Shown: positions 15,449-24,000, counted from the stretch's first letter. The stretch is 24,000 bases of DNA from an uncultured Pseudomonadota bacterium (GCA_963818725.1 CAWFTU010000024.1:279906-303905); one strand, 5' to 3'. Made by a program: numbers and translations. The notes: a model not told the origin generated them from the sequence alone.

Positions 15449-18400
15449 CTACTCGGCTGGCGACCCGATCCCGCCCGGCGTCTCCGCAGCCCGCGCTTGG
15501 TCGCCGCCCAACGCGCGGCGGGACAGCCGGCCCGCGACGCGCGAGAGGTCGCCCATCACCGTGTAGAATGACGGCACGAACACCAGTGACAGGGCGGTGG
15601 AGACGAGCAGGCCGCCGATCACGCCGATCGCCATCGGGGCGCGGAACTCGCCGCCATCGCCCAGGCCCAGCGCGCTCGGCACCATGCCGGCCACCATCGC
15701 GATCGTCGTCATGACGATCGGCCGCGCCCGCTTGCGCCCGGCGTCCACCACCGCCTCGCGCGCCGCCACGCCGCGCCGCTCCCCCTCCGCCGCGAAGTCC
15801 ACGAGCATGATCGCGTTCTTCGTCACCACCCCCATCAGCATCAGGATGCCGATGACGACCGGCATGCTGATCGGGTTGCCGGTCACGAGCAGCGCGAGGA
15901 TCACGCCGCCCAGCGAGAGCGGCAGGGAGAACAGGATGGTCAGCGGCTGGAACACGTCGCCCAGCAGCAGCACCAGCACCGCGAGCACCAGCATCAGCCC
16001 CGCGCCCATGGCGGTGGCGAAGCTGCCGAACACCTCGGCCATGATCTCGGCGTCGCCCCCGTCGCGCAGCCGCACGCCGGCCGGCAGGGCCTGCGCCGCC
16101 GGCAGCGCGTGAACCCGCGCGGTCGCCGCGCCGAGCGGAAGGCCGGGGGCGAGGTCCGCTCCGATCGTGACCTGGCGCGCGCGGTCGAAGCGCTCGATCG
16201 AGGACGGCCCGGTGCCGAAGCCGATATCGGCCACCGCCAGCAGCGGCACCGCCTGTCCCATCGCGCCGGTAACCGGCAGGGTTCCGAGCGCGCCGAGGTC
16301 GGCGCGGGCGCCGGTCGCCACCTGCACCCGGATCGGCACCAGCCGCTCGCCCAGCTTCAGCTTGGCCAGCTCCGCCTCGGCGTCGCCGATGGTCGCGACC
16401 CGCACCGCCTCTGAAATGGCCTGTGTCGAAACCCCGAGCCGGGCGGCGTCATCCAGGCGCGGCGTGACCAGCAGCTCCGGCCGAGGCACCCCGGCGCTGG
16501 CAGCGACATTGGAGAAGCCCGGGAGGTGGCGCATCGCCGCCTCAAGTGCCGCGACTGCCTGATCGAGTGCCGCCGGATCGTCACTGAGCAGGCCGACCGT
16601 CAGCTCCCGCTCGCCGCGATCGTTCACGAACCAGCCGCGCAGGTCGGGAATCGCCGCGAGGCGGCGCGTGACCTCGCCCTCGATCTGCTTCTGTTTCCGC
16701 GCACGCGCGCTCTTCGGCACAAGCTCGACGACCATGGCCGCGCGGCGCACCTCCTTGCCCTCGCCGGTCGGCGTCGTGCCGCCCGTGACGAGGACGTGCC
16801 GGACCTCCGGGATGGCGCGGAAGGACCGCGCGGCGGCGTCGATGCGCGCGCGCGTGTCCTCGAGGGTCGAGCCGGGCGGCAGCTCCAGCGAGACCACGAT
16901 GCGGCTCTCATCGCCGGGCGGAATGAAACCGGTCGGCAGCAGCGTGGTGGACCAGATCGACAGGCCGAACAGCGCAAGGCCCGCGAACACCGTCACCCAG
17001 CGCCAGGCCAGCGTGGCCCGCAGGAAGCGCGCGTAGAGCCGCGTGACCCATCCCTCGCGCGCGACGTGCTGTCGATGGGGGCGAAGCAGGTAGGCGGCCA
17101 TCAGCGGCGTCAGCAGCCGGGCGACGAGCAGGGAGGCGAGCACCGCCGCCGCGGCCGTCAGGCCGAACTGCTTGAAGTACTGCCCGGCGATCCCGCCCAT
17201 GAAGCTTACTGGCGCGAACACCGCGACGATCGTGAGCGTGATCGCCACCACGGTCAGGCCGATCTCGTCCGCCGCCTCGATCGCCGCCCGCCAGGCGCCC
17301 TTGCCCATCGGGATGTGGCGGACGATGTTCTCGATCTCCACGCTCGCGTCGTCCACCAGGATGCCGACAACGAGCGTGATCGCGAGCAAACTCACGAAGT
17401 TGAGCGAGAACCCCATCGCGCTCATCGCGAAGAACGCCGGGATGATCGACAGGGGCAGGGCCACGGCGGCGAGCAGCGTCGCCCGCCAGTCGCGCAGGAA
17501 CAGCAGCACGACCAGCACGGCCAGCGCCCCGCCCTCCAGCAGGGCGTGCATCGCGGAGAGATAGCTCCCCTGGCTCGCGCGCACGCCGTCGTCGATGAGC
17601 GCGAAGCCCACATCCGGGTGCGCCTGGTGCAGCGCCGCGACGCGCGCGGCAACGCGCCGGGCCACGTCCACGTCGCTCGCGCCCTTGGCGCGGTAGATCG
17701 CGAAGGCGACGATCGGCGTGTCGCCGTCGAGTCGGGCGAAGCCGCGCGGCTCCTCGACGGTGTCGCTCACCGCGCCAAGGTCGGCGAGCCGCACCTCCCG
17801 CCCGCCTGGCAGCACGATGCGGGCGTCGCGCAGCGCCGCCACGCTCCCGGCCTGGGCCAGGGTGCGGATCGCCTGCTCCTGTCCGCCCACCTCGCCCCGG
17901 CCGCCCGCGAGGTCCACGTTGGTGTCGCGCAGTTGCCGGCTGACGTCGCCCGCCGTGATGCCGAGGGCGGCGAGCCGGTCCGGGTCGAGCGCCACCCGGA
18001 TCTCGCGGGTGACGCCGCCGATCCGCTCCACGCGCCCGACGCCGGGCGCGGCTTGCAGGTCGCGCAGCACGGTGTCGTCCACGAACCATGAGAGCTGCTC
18101 CGGCGTCATGCCGGGCGCGGTCGCGGCGAAGGTCTGGATGCTCTGGCCGACCACGTCGACGCGCTCGATCACCGGCTCGTCGATGCCGCGCGGCAGATCG
18201 GCGCGGATCTTGGCGATGGCGTCCTTGACGTCGTTCAGGGCGCGGTCGGAGCTGACCTCCAGGCGCAGCTCGATGATCGTGCTCGAGAGCCCGTCGGTGA
18301 TGGTGGAAGAGACGTGCTTGACGCCCGCGACATCGGCGACGGCGTCCTCCACCCGCTTCGTCACCTGAGTCTCCAGCTCGGCGGGTGCGGCCCCCGGCTC

Positions 18401-18556
18401 GGTCACGGTCACGGAGACGATCGGGATGTCCACGTTGGGCGCGCGGGTGATCGGCAGCACGTGGAAGGCGAACAGGCCGAGCACGGTCAGCACCGCGAAG
18501 AGCACGAGCGGCGGGATCGGATGACGGACGGCCCAGCCGGAGACGTTGAGCGCCAC
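15449..18556 (-). CDS. RND efflux pump, inner-membrane permease (AcrB/AcrD/AcrF family, divergent from pump 1)
   Basis: 1035-codon ORF. MALNVSGWAVRHPIPPLVLFAVLTVLGLFAFHVLPITRAPNVDIPIVSVTVTEPGAAPAELETQVTKRVEDAV; proton-relay region GILVDDASVEIENIVRHI; 12-TM layout. The start is a GTG at 18556, 5 nt after the adaptor's TAG (18562-18564). Confidence 0.95.
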   Translation of the reverse strand: MALNVSGWAVRHPIPPLVLFAVLTVLGLFAFHVLPITRAPNVDIPIVSVTVTEPGAAPAELETQVTKRVEDAVADVAGVKHVSSTITDGLSSTIIELRLEVSSDRALNDVKDAIAKIRADLPRGIDEPVIERVDVVGQSIQTFAATAPGMTPEQLSWFVDDTVLRDLQAAPGVGRVERIGGVTREIRVALDPDRLAALGITAGDVSRQLRDTNVDLAGGRGEVGGQEQAIRTLAQAGSVAALRDARIVLPGGREVRLADLGAVSDTVEEPRGFARLDGDTPIVAFAIYRAKGASDVDVARRVAARVAALHQAHPDVGFALIDDGVRASQGSYLSAMHALLEGGALAVLVVLLFLRDWRATLLAAVALPLSIIPAFFAMSAMGFSLNFVSLLAITLVVGILVDDASVEIENIVRHIPMGKGAWRAAIEAADEIGLTVVAITLTIVAVFAPVSFMGGIAGQYFKQFGLTAAAAVLASLLVARLLTPLMAAYLLRPHRQHVAREGWVTRLYARFLRATLAWRWVTVFAGLALFGLSIWSTTLLPTGFIPPGDESRIVVSLELPPGSTLEDTRARIDAAARSFRAIPEVRHVLVTGGTTPTGEGKEVRRAAMVVELVPKSARARKQKQIEGEVTRRLAAIPDLRGWFVNDRGERELTVGLLSDDPAALDQAVAALEAAMRHLPGFSNVAASAGVPRPELLVTPRLDDAARLGVSTQAISEAVRVATIGDAEAELAKLKLGERLVPIRVQVATGARADLGALGTLPVTGAMGQAVPLLAVADIGFGTGPSSIERFDRARQVTIGADLAPGLPLGAATARVHALPAAQALPAGVRLRDGGDAEIMAEVFGSFATAMGAGLMLVLAVLVLLLGDVFQPLTILFSLPLSLGGVILALLVTGNPISMPVVIGILMLMGVVTKNAIMLVDFAAEGERRGVAAREAVVDAGRKRARPIVMTTIAMVAGMVPSALGLGDGGEFRAPMAIGVIGGLLVSTALSLVFVPSFYTVMGDLSRVAGRLSRRALGGDQARAAETPGGIGSPAE

Positions 18557-18561
18557 GGCGC

Positions 18562-19710
18562 CTAGCTCGACGGCACGGCCGAGACGCGGTCGCCGTCGCG
18601 CACGAAGCTGCCCGAGACGGCGACGACGGATTCGCCCGGTGCCAGCCCCGCCGTGATCTCGACCTGGCCCTCGGCGCGCAGTCCGGTCTGGACCGGGCGC
18701 GTCATGACCGTGCCGCCAGAGACGACCTGGACACGCGCGCCCGCCGGCCCGAACAACACGGCCGAGAGCGGCACGGTCACGCCGTCGCGCCGCCCGGTTT
18801 CGACCTTGCCCCGCGCGTAGCTGCCGATCGTGAGCCCCTTTGAATCATCGAGCGCGATCCGCACCCGGCCGAGACGGGTCACGGGGTCAATCTCGGGCGC
18901 GACAAGGCGGACATGTCCGGCCCGCTGGCCCAGCCCCGCAGGCAGGATGGTCGCGGGCTGGCCCGGACGGAGGCGGGCCAACAGAATCTCGGGCACCTGC
19001 GCGTTCAGCTCCACGGCACCATCGGCGACGATCCGGAACAGCGGATCGCTCGTGGCACCGACCACGGCGCCGAGGCGGGCCGTGCGGCGGCTGATCCGGC
19101 CGGCAACGGGCGCGCGCAACGCGGTGCGGGCGATCCGCACCGTCAGCTCGTCGCGCTGGGCGAGCGCGAGCGCGCGGTCGGCCTCGGCGGCGCGCAGCGC
19201 GGCGTCCGCGCTCGCCACCTTGGCGTCGGCGACGTCAGCAGCCATGCGGCGCTGCTCGAACGTCTCGCGCGAGTTGGCGCCGGGGCCAACCAGCGCGCGG
19301 GCACGGACCAGGGCAGCCTCGGCTTGCACCCGGCTTGCCTCGGCCTCGGCGGCCGCGCCCTGCGCCTCGGCGATCGCCGCCTGGGCGCGGGCGATCTGGG
19401 CGGTGTTCTGGGCCAGCGCCGTGTCGAGCTGCTCGCGCGAGAGCCGGGCGAGCACCTGCCCGGCGGCGACCGTGTCGCCCTCCTCGGCCAGGATCGCCGT
19501 CATCGCGAGGCCGTCCACCTGCGGCGTGACCAGCGCCTCCTCCCGCGGGACGAGCGTGCCGGTGAGGCTGAGCCAGTCCGCGAGGACGCCACGCCCGGCG
19601 GCCACGACAGTCACGGCGGGCGGGCGCGGCCCCTCCTCCACCGGGGCCGCCGCGAAGGTCGGCCCCGCCAGGAGCACGAGAAGCAGGGCGAGAGCATCGG
19701 GCCGTCTCAC
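18562..19710 (-). CDS. RND efflux periplasmic adaptor (membrane fusion protein)
   Basis: Signal-like VRRPDALALLLVLLAGPTFAAAP, lipoyl motif LVTPQVDGLAMTAILAEEGDTVAAGQVLARL, an Ala-rich coiled-coil hairpin, and beta-barrel/MP domains. Track ORF extends to 19851 but would overlap the tetR gene by 145 nt. The in-frame GTG at 19710 overlaps the tetR TGA (GTGA) and has GGGGAG 9 nt upstream, so it is preferred. Confidence 0.85.
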   Translation of the reverse strand: MRRPDALALLLVLLAGPTFAAAPVEEGPRPPAVTVVAAGRGVLADWLSLTGTLVPREEALVTPQVDGLAMTAILAEEGDTVAAGQVLARLSREQLDTALAQNTAQIARAQAAIAEAQGAAAEAEASRVQAEAALVRARALVGPGANSRETFEQRRMAADVADAKVASADAALRAAEADRALALAQRDELTVRIARTALRAPVAGRISRRTARLGAVVGATSDPLFRIVADGAVELNAQVPEILLARLRPGQPATILPAGLGQRAGHVRLVAPEIDPVTRLGRVRIALDDSKGLTIGSYARGKVETGRRDGVTVPLSAVLFGPAGARVQVVSGGTVMTRPVQTGLRAEGQVEITAGLAPGESVVAVSGSFVRDGDRVSAVPSS

Positions 19711-20324
19711 GCGCCGGCACTCCCCGAGGGGGGACGGAAGAAGCGAAGCAGCAAGGCGCGCAGCACCGGACGCAGCCGCTCCGGGTCGAGCGGCGGGCCG
19801 AACGCCTGGTGCGCGCACAACCCGTCGCCGAGCGCCATCACCACTTGGCACGCGGTCGCGACGTCAAGATCAGGATCAACCAAGCCCGTTGCCTGACCAC
19901 GCCGGAGCGCGGCCGTCACCGCAGCGCGCGCCTCGGCGGCATTGCGCTCAAACATTGCGCGCACGGCGGGGTTGCGCGTGGCCTCCGCGATCGTCTCGGC
20001 GAGAAGCGCGCGGCCGGTATCGGCCAGCACGGTCTCCAGCGTAGCGATGCCAATGGAGGCGAGCGCCTCGACCGGGTCGTCCGCCTCGGCCAGCCGGGCA
20101 AAGAACGCCGCGTGGCGTTCGCGCTCGGCCTCGGCGATGGCGGCGATGATGGATTCCTTGGAGGGAAAATAGCGGTAGAGCGCGCCGGCGCTCATGCCCG
20201 CCTCGGCGCAGATCTCGCCCATGCTGGCGCCGTGAAAGCCCGAGCGGGCGAAACAGGTGATCGCCGCGTCCAGGATGCGCGCGCGCTGTTGCCCGGCCGC
20301 CGACCTCGTCCTGCCCTCGCTCAT
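19707..20324 (-). CDS. TetR/AcrR-family transcriptional regulator, first cistron of efflux operon 2
   Basis: N-terminal HTH: ARILDAAITCFARSGFHGASMGEICAEAGMSAGALYRYFPSKESII. About 200 aa with an all-helical C-terminal ligand domain. ATG 20324 is preceded by AAGGAGG with a 7-nt spacer. Confidence 0.9.
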   Translation of the reverse strand: MSEGRTRSAAGQQRARILDAAITCFARSGFHGASMGEICAEAGMSAGALYRYFPSKESIIAAIAEAERERHAAFFARLAEADDPVEALASIGIATLETVLADTGRALLAETIAEATRNPAVRAMFERNAAEARAAVTAALRRGQATGLVDPDLDVATACQVVMALGDGLCAHQAFGPPLDPERLRPVLRALLLRFFRPPSGSAGA

Positions 20325-20343
20325 ACATCCCGCCTCCTTGCGA

Positions 20344-20359
20344 GCGAATGTTCATTCGC
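20344..20359. promoter_or_regulatory. Perfect 16-bp palindrome GCGAATG-TT-CATTCGC; candidate TetR operator
   Basis: 7-bp perfect inverted arms with a 2-bp spacer. It lies 20-35 nt upstream of the tetR ATG, immediately 5' of its Shine-Dalgarno. It is AT-richer than its surroundings. Size and geometry are typical of TetR-family operators. Confidence 0.5.
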
Positions 20360-20476
20360 ATGGGCCGGGGACGAAATCAAGCGGATTGGTCGCGCTCTCG
20401 TTCAGGAACCAGGGACACCCTCAAGAGTATTGGAGCTGATGCCAATTTTATCTGCCTCTGCGAAAGGTTAAGGAAA

Positions 20477-20707
20477 ATGGGCGAGGGATTTGAAAGCCAC
20501 TGGGATCCGAGCTGGTTTCGGCACAAGGCGCTGCAATGTCGGCAACTGGCGTCCTGCGTCCCGGATCAAAGCATTCGCGCGACGCTAGAGGAGATGGCGG
20601 CTGATTTCGACACCCAAGGCAATGTCGCGGAGGAGGCTGCGAAGTCGGTTCCCAGGCGCAAGGGAGCCGATGGCGCGCGGCATGACATTGGCGACGCTCC
20701 GCGCTGA
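20477..20707 (+). CDS. Small hypothetical protein (76 aa)
   Basis: ATG 20477 is preceded by AAGGA. MGEGFESHWDPSWFRHKALQCRQLASCVPDQSIRATLEEMAADFDTQ... resembles a recurrent small alphaproteobacterial hypothetical pattern (R-x-K/R-A-x-x-C-R-x-L-A...D...R..L..MA). The part of track ORF 20348-20707 upstream of 20477 overlaps the tetR palindrome and is discounted. No function assignable. Confidence 0.4.
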   Translation: MGEGFESHWDPSWFRHKALQCRQLASCVPDQSIRATLEEMAADFDTQGNVAEEAAKSVPRRKGADGARHDIGDAPR

Positions 20708-20717
20708 CTTACACAAA

Positions 20718-21952
20718 TCAGGGGTGCCGACGACCTCCGCTCTTCCAAAGTGAACGACTGGCCAAGCTGGCGCCCTGCGTCAGCGCCTCCAGCTTCGCCC
20801 ACGCGATGTCCGAATGCACCCGGCCGCCGAGGCCGCAATCGGTCGCGGCGATCACCCTCTCCTTCCCGACCAGGCGGGCGAAGCGGGTGATACGCTCCGC
20901 CACCAGCTCCGGGTGCTCCACGACGTTCGTGGCGTGGCTGACCACGCCCGGCAGGATGAGCTTGCCCTCGGGCAGCTTCGTCTCGCGCCAGACGGCCCAT
21001 TCGTGCTCGTGGCGCACGTTCCCCGCTTCGAGTGAGTAAGCGCCGCAGTTGATCGCCAGCATCACGTCGATGATGTCGCGCATGGGGATGTCGGTCGTGT
21101 GCGGGCCATGCCAGCTTCCCCAGCAGAGGTGGAAGCGGATCCGGTCCTCGGGCAGTCCCTTGATCGCGGCGTTGAGCGCCTCGACCCGCAGCATCGAGAA
21201 GGCCCGGTACGCCTCCACGGTCGGCTCCGGGTTGATCATGTCCCAGTTCTCGGCGATCGAGGGATCATCGAGCTGGAGGATCAGGCCCGCGTCGATAATG
21301 GCCTTGTACTCTTCCCGCATCGCCTCGGCGCAGGCGAACAGGAACGCCTCTTCGGTCTTGTAATGGACGTTGCCGATGCGCGCCGCGCTGCCGGGCGCGA
21401 CGGAGGACATGAAGCCCTCCGCCACCCCGTTCGCCGCTAGCGCCGCCTTGAAGTTGGCGATGTCGCGCCCGATCGCCTCGTGTCCAACGTAAGTGAGCGG
21501 ACCCACGCAGACCGGCCAGGCCGCGGCGCGCGGCCCGGTGGTGATGCCCGAGTCCGGATCGGCGTAGGCCGCCGCGAAGCGCTGCCGGTCGCGGCGGTCG
21601 GCGAAGCTTGTCAAGACGGCCTCGCCCGGACGCGCCCGACGCGCCGGGATCTCGTACAGGCCGGGGCCCGCGAGGTCGAGGCCGCCGAGACGCTGGAAGG
21701 AGTAGCTCCACCAGGCGCCGTAATTGACCCGGTGGCCCATGGCCTTGCCGTACTCGCCATCGCCGGGACATCGATGCCGAGTTCCCTCTGGCGCCGCACG
21801 ACGTCGCCCACGGCTGACGCCAGTTGCGCCTGGAACGCCGCCTCGTCCGCGTCCCCGCCCGCTTGGCGCAGTCGGTTCGCCTCGATCAGCGAATTGGGGC
21901 GCGGCAGGCTGCCGGCGTGGCTGGTGAGGATGTGGGTGTCGCTGCGCCGCAT
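20718..21952 (-). pseudogene. Cobalamin-independent methionine synthase C-terminal-like (Meth_synt_2 / MetE-like) protein with a 1-nt frameshift near 21763-21767
   Basis: N-terminal frame: MRRSDTHILTSHAGSLPRPNSLIEANRL...VRRQRELGIDVP. The sequence then switches frame to (GDGEYGKA)MGHRVNYGAWWSYSF.... Later Zn-ligand regions are RIRFHLCWGSWHGPH and VIAATDCGLGGRV. The span is 1235 nt, one short of a multiple of 3. ATG 21952 has GGAGGG about 9 nt upstream. Confidence 0.8.
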
Positions 21953-22048
21953 CGTCCGTCCCTCCCCCAGCGCTTGCCAGTGGCCGCCCATGTCTTAATC
22001 TGCATGGAACTGGCTTCCCGCACCACCGGGGAAAGGAGAAACGTCACC

Positions 22049-22636
22049 ATGGCGACGAACCGCGGACCGATCACGCCGGCGGGCCTCAACCATCTCGTCC
22101 TCAACGTGCGCGACATCGAGGAGTTGCACACGTTCTGGACCGAAATCCTGGGGTTCAAGCAGGTGGGCGAGCTGCACGCCACGCCGCAGCGGCCGAACCC
22201 GCCGAAGATGCGCTTCTACAGCGGCGACCACGGCGACGGCATGCTGAACCACCATGACGTCGCCTTGGTGGAGAACCCCAACCTGCCGGCGCCCCCGGCG
22301 GAGTGGAGCATGTTCGGCACACCCTGTGCGATCAACCACATCGCCATCACGCTGCCGAGCCGCGACGCGTGGCTGAATCAGCTCGCCTACTTGCAGGAGC
22401 GCGGCGTGACCTTCAACCGCCGCGTGGAGCACGGCATGACGCACAGCCTGTACATCCACGATCCCAACGGATATGGTGTCGAGCTGCTGTACGAGCTGCC
22501 GCGGGAGGTGTGGGAAGGCGACATCGACGCCGCCCTGAACTACGCCCTCCCGGTGCCGACCGAAGGCAAGAAGGCCCTCGCCGATCGCGCCGAGGACGTG
22601 CCGGTGTTCGGCCGGGCGCAGCCGGCACCAGCCTGA
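22049..22636 (+). CDS. VOC-family protein (glyoxalase / bleomycin-resistance / extradiol dioxygenase fold)
   Basis: AAGGAG lies 9 nt upstream of ATG 22049. GLNHLVLNVRDIEELHTFWTEILGFKQV and HIAITLPSRDAWLNQLAYLQERGVTF...HSLYIHDPNGYGVELLYE are the paired beta-alpha-beta-beta-beta modules with metal-ligand His/Glu positions. Confidence 0.85.
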   Translation: MATNRGPITPAGLNHLVLNVRDIEELHTFWTEILGFKQVGELHATPQRPNPPKMRFYSGDHGDGMLNHHDVALVENPNLPAPPAEWSMFGTPCAINHIAITLPSRDAWLNQLAYLQERGVTFNRRVEHGMTHSLYIHDPNGYGVELLYELPREVWEGDIDAALNYALPVPTEGKKALADRAEDVPVFGRAQPAPA

Positions 22637-22647
22637 TCGGAGCGCCC

Positions 22648-23034
22648 ATGCCGCACCGACGGAGCGTGAACGGGTCGCGCGCGCGCCACGAGAACCCGAT
22701 CCCGAACGCCAGCCGCGTTGGCAACATCGTCATGTCCAGCGTGATCGGTGGCGCCACTCCCGGAACGCGCGACCTGCCGCCTACGCTGGAGCAGCAGGTC
22801 GCCAACGTGTTCAGCCACATCCGGCACGACATCGAGGCGGCGGGCGGCAGTGTCGATGACATCATCAAGGTCACGTTCTGGGTGAAGGACCCGGCGAGCC
22901 AGCGCGCGGCCCTGAATGACGCGTGGGTCAAGATGTTCCCGGACCCCGAGTCGCGCCCGGCCCGCCACACCCTGCCCCTGCCGGCGAATAGCCGGGCGCT
23001 GGTGCAGGCCGACTTCACGGCGGTCCTGTCCTGA
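22648..23034 (+). CDS. RidA/YjgF/TdcF-family protein
   Basis: About 128 aa. GNIVMSSVIGG..., LEQQVANVFSHIRHDIEAAGGSVDDIIKVTFWVKD..., NDAWVKMFPD...PARHTL...LVQADFTAVL fit the RidA family layout. ATG 22648 lies 11 nt after the VOC stop. Confidence 0.85.
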   Translation: MPHRRSVNGSRARHENPIPNASRVGNIVMSSVIGGATPGTRDLPPTLEQQVANVFSHIRHDIEAAGGSVDDIIKVTFWVKDPASQRAALNDAWVKMFPDPESRPARHTLPLPANSRALVQADFTAVLS

Positions 23035-23042
23035 CCGTGTCA

Positions 23043-24000
23043 GTGCCGGTGAAGTTCGGCGTGGGCCAGCCTTTGCGGCGCTTCGAGGATGTCCGCCTGC
23101 TCGCGGGACGGGGCCGCTATCAGGACGATGTCACGCTGCCCCGGCAGGCCTACGCCGTCTTCGTCCGCTCGCCGCACGCGCACGCGCGGATCCGCGCGAT
23201 CGACACGCGCGCGGCGTCGCGCGCCCCTGGCGTCCTTGCCGTCTACGCCGGCGCGGACTACGCGCGGGACGGGCTCGGCATGCCGAAGGCCGTCATGCCG
23301 CGCAAGAAGGCCGACGGATCGCCGATGTTCGCGCCGCAGCGCCCGGCGCTGGTGGCCGACCGGGTGCGCTACGTGGGCGATCCCGTCGCGATGGTGGTGG
23401 CCGAGACGCTGGCGCAAGCCAAGGACGCGGCGGAGCTGGTCGCGGTCGAGTACGAGCCGCTGGCCTCGGTGACGTCTGTGGCGGAGGCGGCGCGGTCCGA
23501 CGCGCCACGCGTCTGGGACGAGAACCCCGACAACGTCTCCCACACCTACGAGCGCGGCGACCGCCAGGCGGCCGAGGCCGCCTTCGCCCGCGCCGCGCAT
23601 GTCGTCACGCGAAGCTACGTCATCACCCGCGTCCACGCGCAGTACATGGAGCCGCGCGGCGCGACCGGCCTCTACGACCCGGCGGAGGACCGCTACACGC
23701 TCTACGCCGATGTCAACTATCCGCACCGCGTTCGCAACATGCTCGCCAACGCGGTCTTCAAAGTGCCGGAGAGCCAGGTTCGTGTCATCTGTCGCGACGT
23801 CGGCGGCGGCTTCGGCGCCAAGGGCTGGCAGTATGTCGACCACCGCCTCGTGCTGTGGGCGGCGCGCAAGCTGGAACGGCCGGTGAAGTGGCGGTGCGAG
23901 CGCTCGGAGGCGGTCCTCGCCGACGAGCACGGGCGCGACAACGTGGGCACGATCGCGCTCGCCTTCGACGAGAACGCCCGGATCATTGGCCTGCGCCTGC
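23043..24000 (+). CDS. Xanthine dehydrogenase / aldehyde oxidase / CoxL-family molybdopterin-binding large subunit, 5' partial (continues beyond the window)
   Basis: Not in the ORF track because there is no stop inside the window. My translation of the frame starting at GTG 23043 reads VPVKFGVGQPLRRFEDVRLLAGRGRYQDDVTLPRQAYAVFVRSPHAHARIRAIDT...APGVLAVYAGADY...RVRYVGDPVAMVVAETLAQAKDAAELVAVEYEPL...ITRVHAQYMEPRG...VICRDVGGGFGAKG...ERPVKWRCERSE. These are hallmark motifs of this family. Start is ambiguous among GTG 23037, 23043 and 23049. The antisense track ORF 23040-23930 is a shadow. Confidence 0.85.
   Translation, partial: MPVKFGVGQPLRRFEDVRLLAGRGRYQDDVTLPRQAYAVFVRSPHAHARIRAIDTRAASRAPGVLAVYAGADYARDGLGMPKAVMPRKKADGSPMFAPQRPALVADRVRYVGDPVAMVVAETLAQAKDAAELVAVEYEPLASVTSVAEAARSDAPRVWDENPDNVSHTYERGDRQAAEAAFARAAHVVTRSYVITRVHAQYMEPRGATGLYDPAEDRYTLYADVNYPHRVRNMLANAVFKVPESQVRVICRDVGGGFGAKGWQYVDHRLVLWAARKLERPVKWRCERSEAVLADEHGRDNVGTIALAFDENARIIGLRL

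Noticed and set aside
20348-20476. N-terminal extension of the small ORF (track start ATG 20348, MFIRMGRGRNQ...).
   Set aside because: That ATG lies inside the tetR palindrome. The extension is Arg/Ser-rich and lies in the AT-richer intergenic stretch. The downstream ATG 20477 has a better Shine-Dalgarno context.
1-24000. Mobile-element boundaries, att-like direct repeats flanking the helicase gene, CRISPR repeats, IS elements.
   Set aside because: Comparison by eye of the helicase flanks (10306-10391 versus 15344-15448) shows only trivial 7-mers in common. No transposase, integrase or regularly spaced repeats appear in any frame. The helicase gene's base composition is not visibly different from its neighbours.

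Overview
GC-rich bacterial chromosomal segment with proteobacterial-type gene content; the taxon cannot be fixed without a database search. I can support 17 protein-coding loci, 2 of them doubtful. I found no rRNA, tRNA, CRISPR array, transposase or integrase. Left to right: a doubtful small secreted-protein ORF; a DegP/HtrA protease; RND efflux pair 1 (adaptor plus HAE1-type pump, no linked regulator or outer-membrane factor); a TMEM175/DUF1211 channel-like protein; a two-gene unit of an F420-oxidoreductase-fold NADP reductase and an Hsp31/DJ-1-type protein, the latter interrupted by an in-frame TAG; a CmcJ/NvfI-family oxidoreductase; a ~5 kb gene for a giant SF1B helicase fused to a Vsr/DUF559-type nuclease and a Gre-factor-like C-terminal domain, split by a frameshift in an alternating CG run; RND efflux operon 2 (tetR-adaptor-pump, with a 16-bp palindrome upstream); a small hypothetical ORF; a MetE-C-terminal-like (Meth_synt_2) gene with a 1-nt frameshift; VOC and RidA genes; and the 5' part of a CoxL/xanthine-dehydrogenase-family molybdopterin subunit that runs off the window and is absent from the ORF track. 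The most interesting element is the helicase-nuclease-Gre-like gene at 10392-15343. It is a candidate single-gene nucleic-acid surveillance or defence module, similar in architecture to what I recall of the Hhe system but with extra parts. Three well-supported gene disruptions and one tentative one in 24 kb need read-level verification. All family calls rest on motifs recognised by eye in the translations. The ORF track uses TTG/GTG starts shown as M, so several starts were refined by hand.
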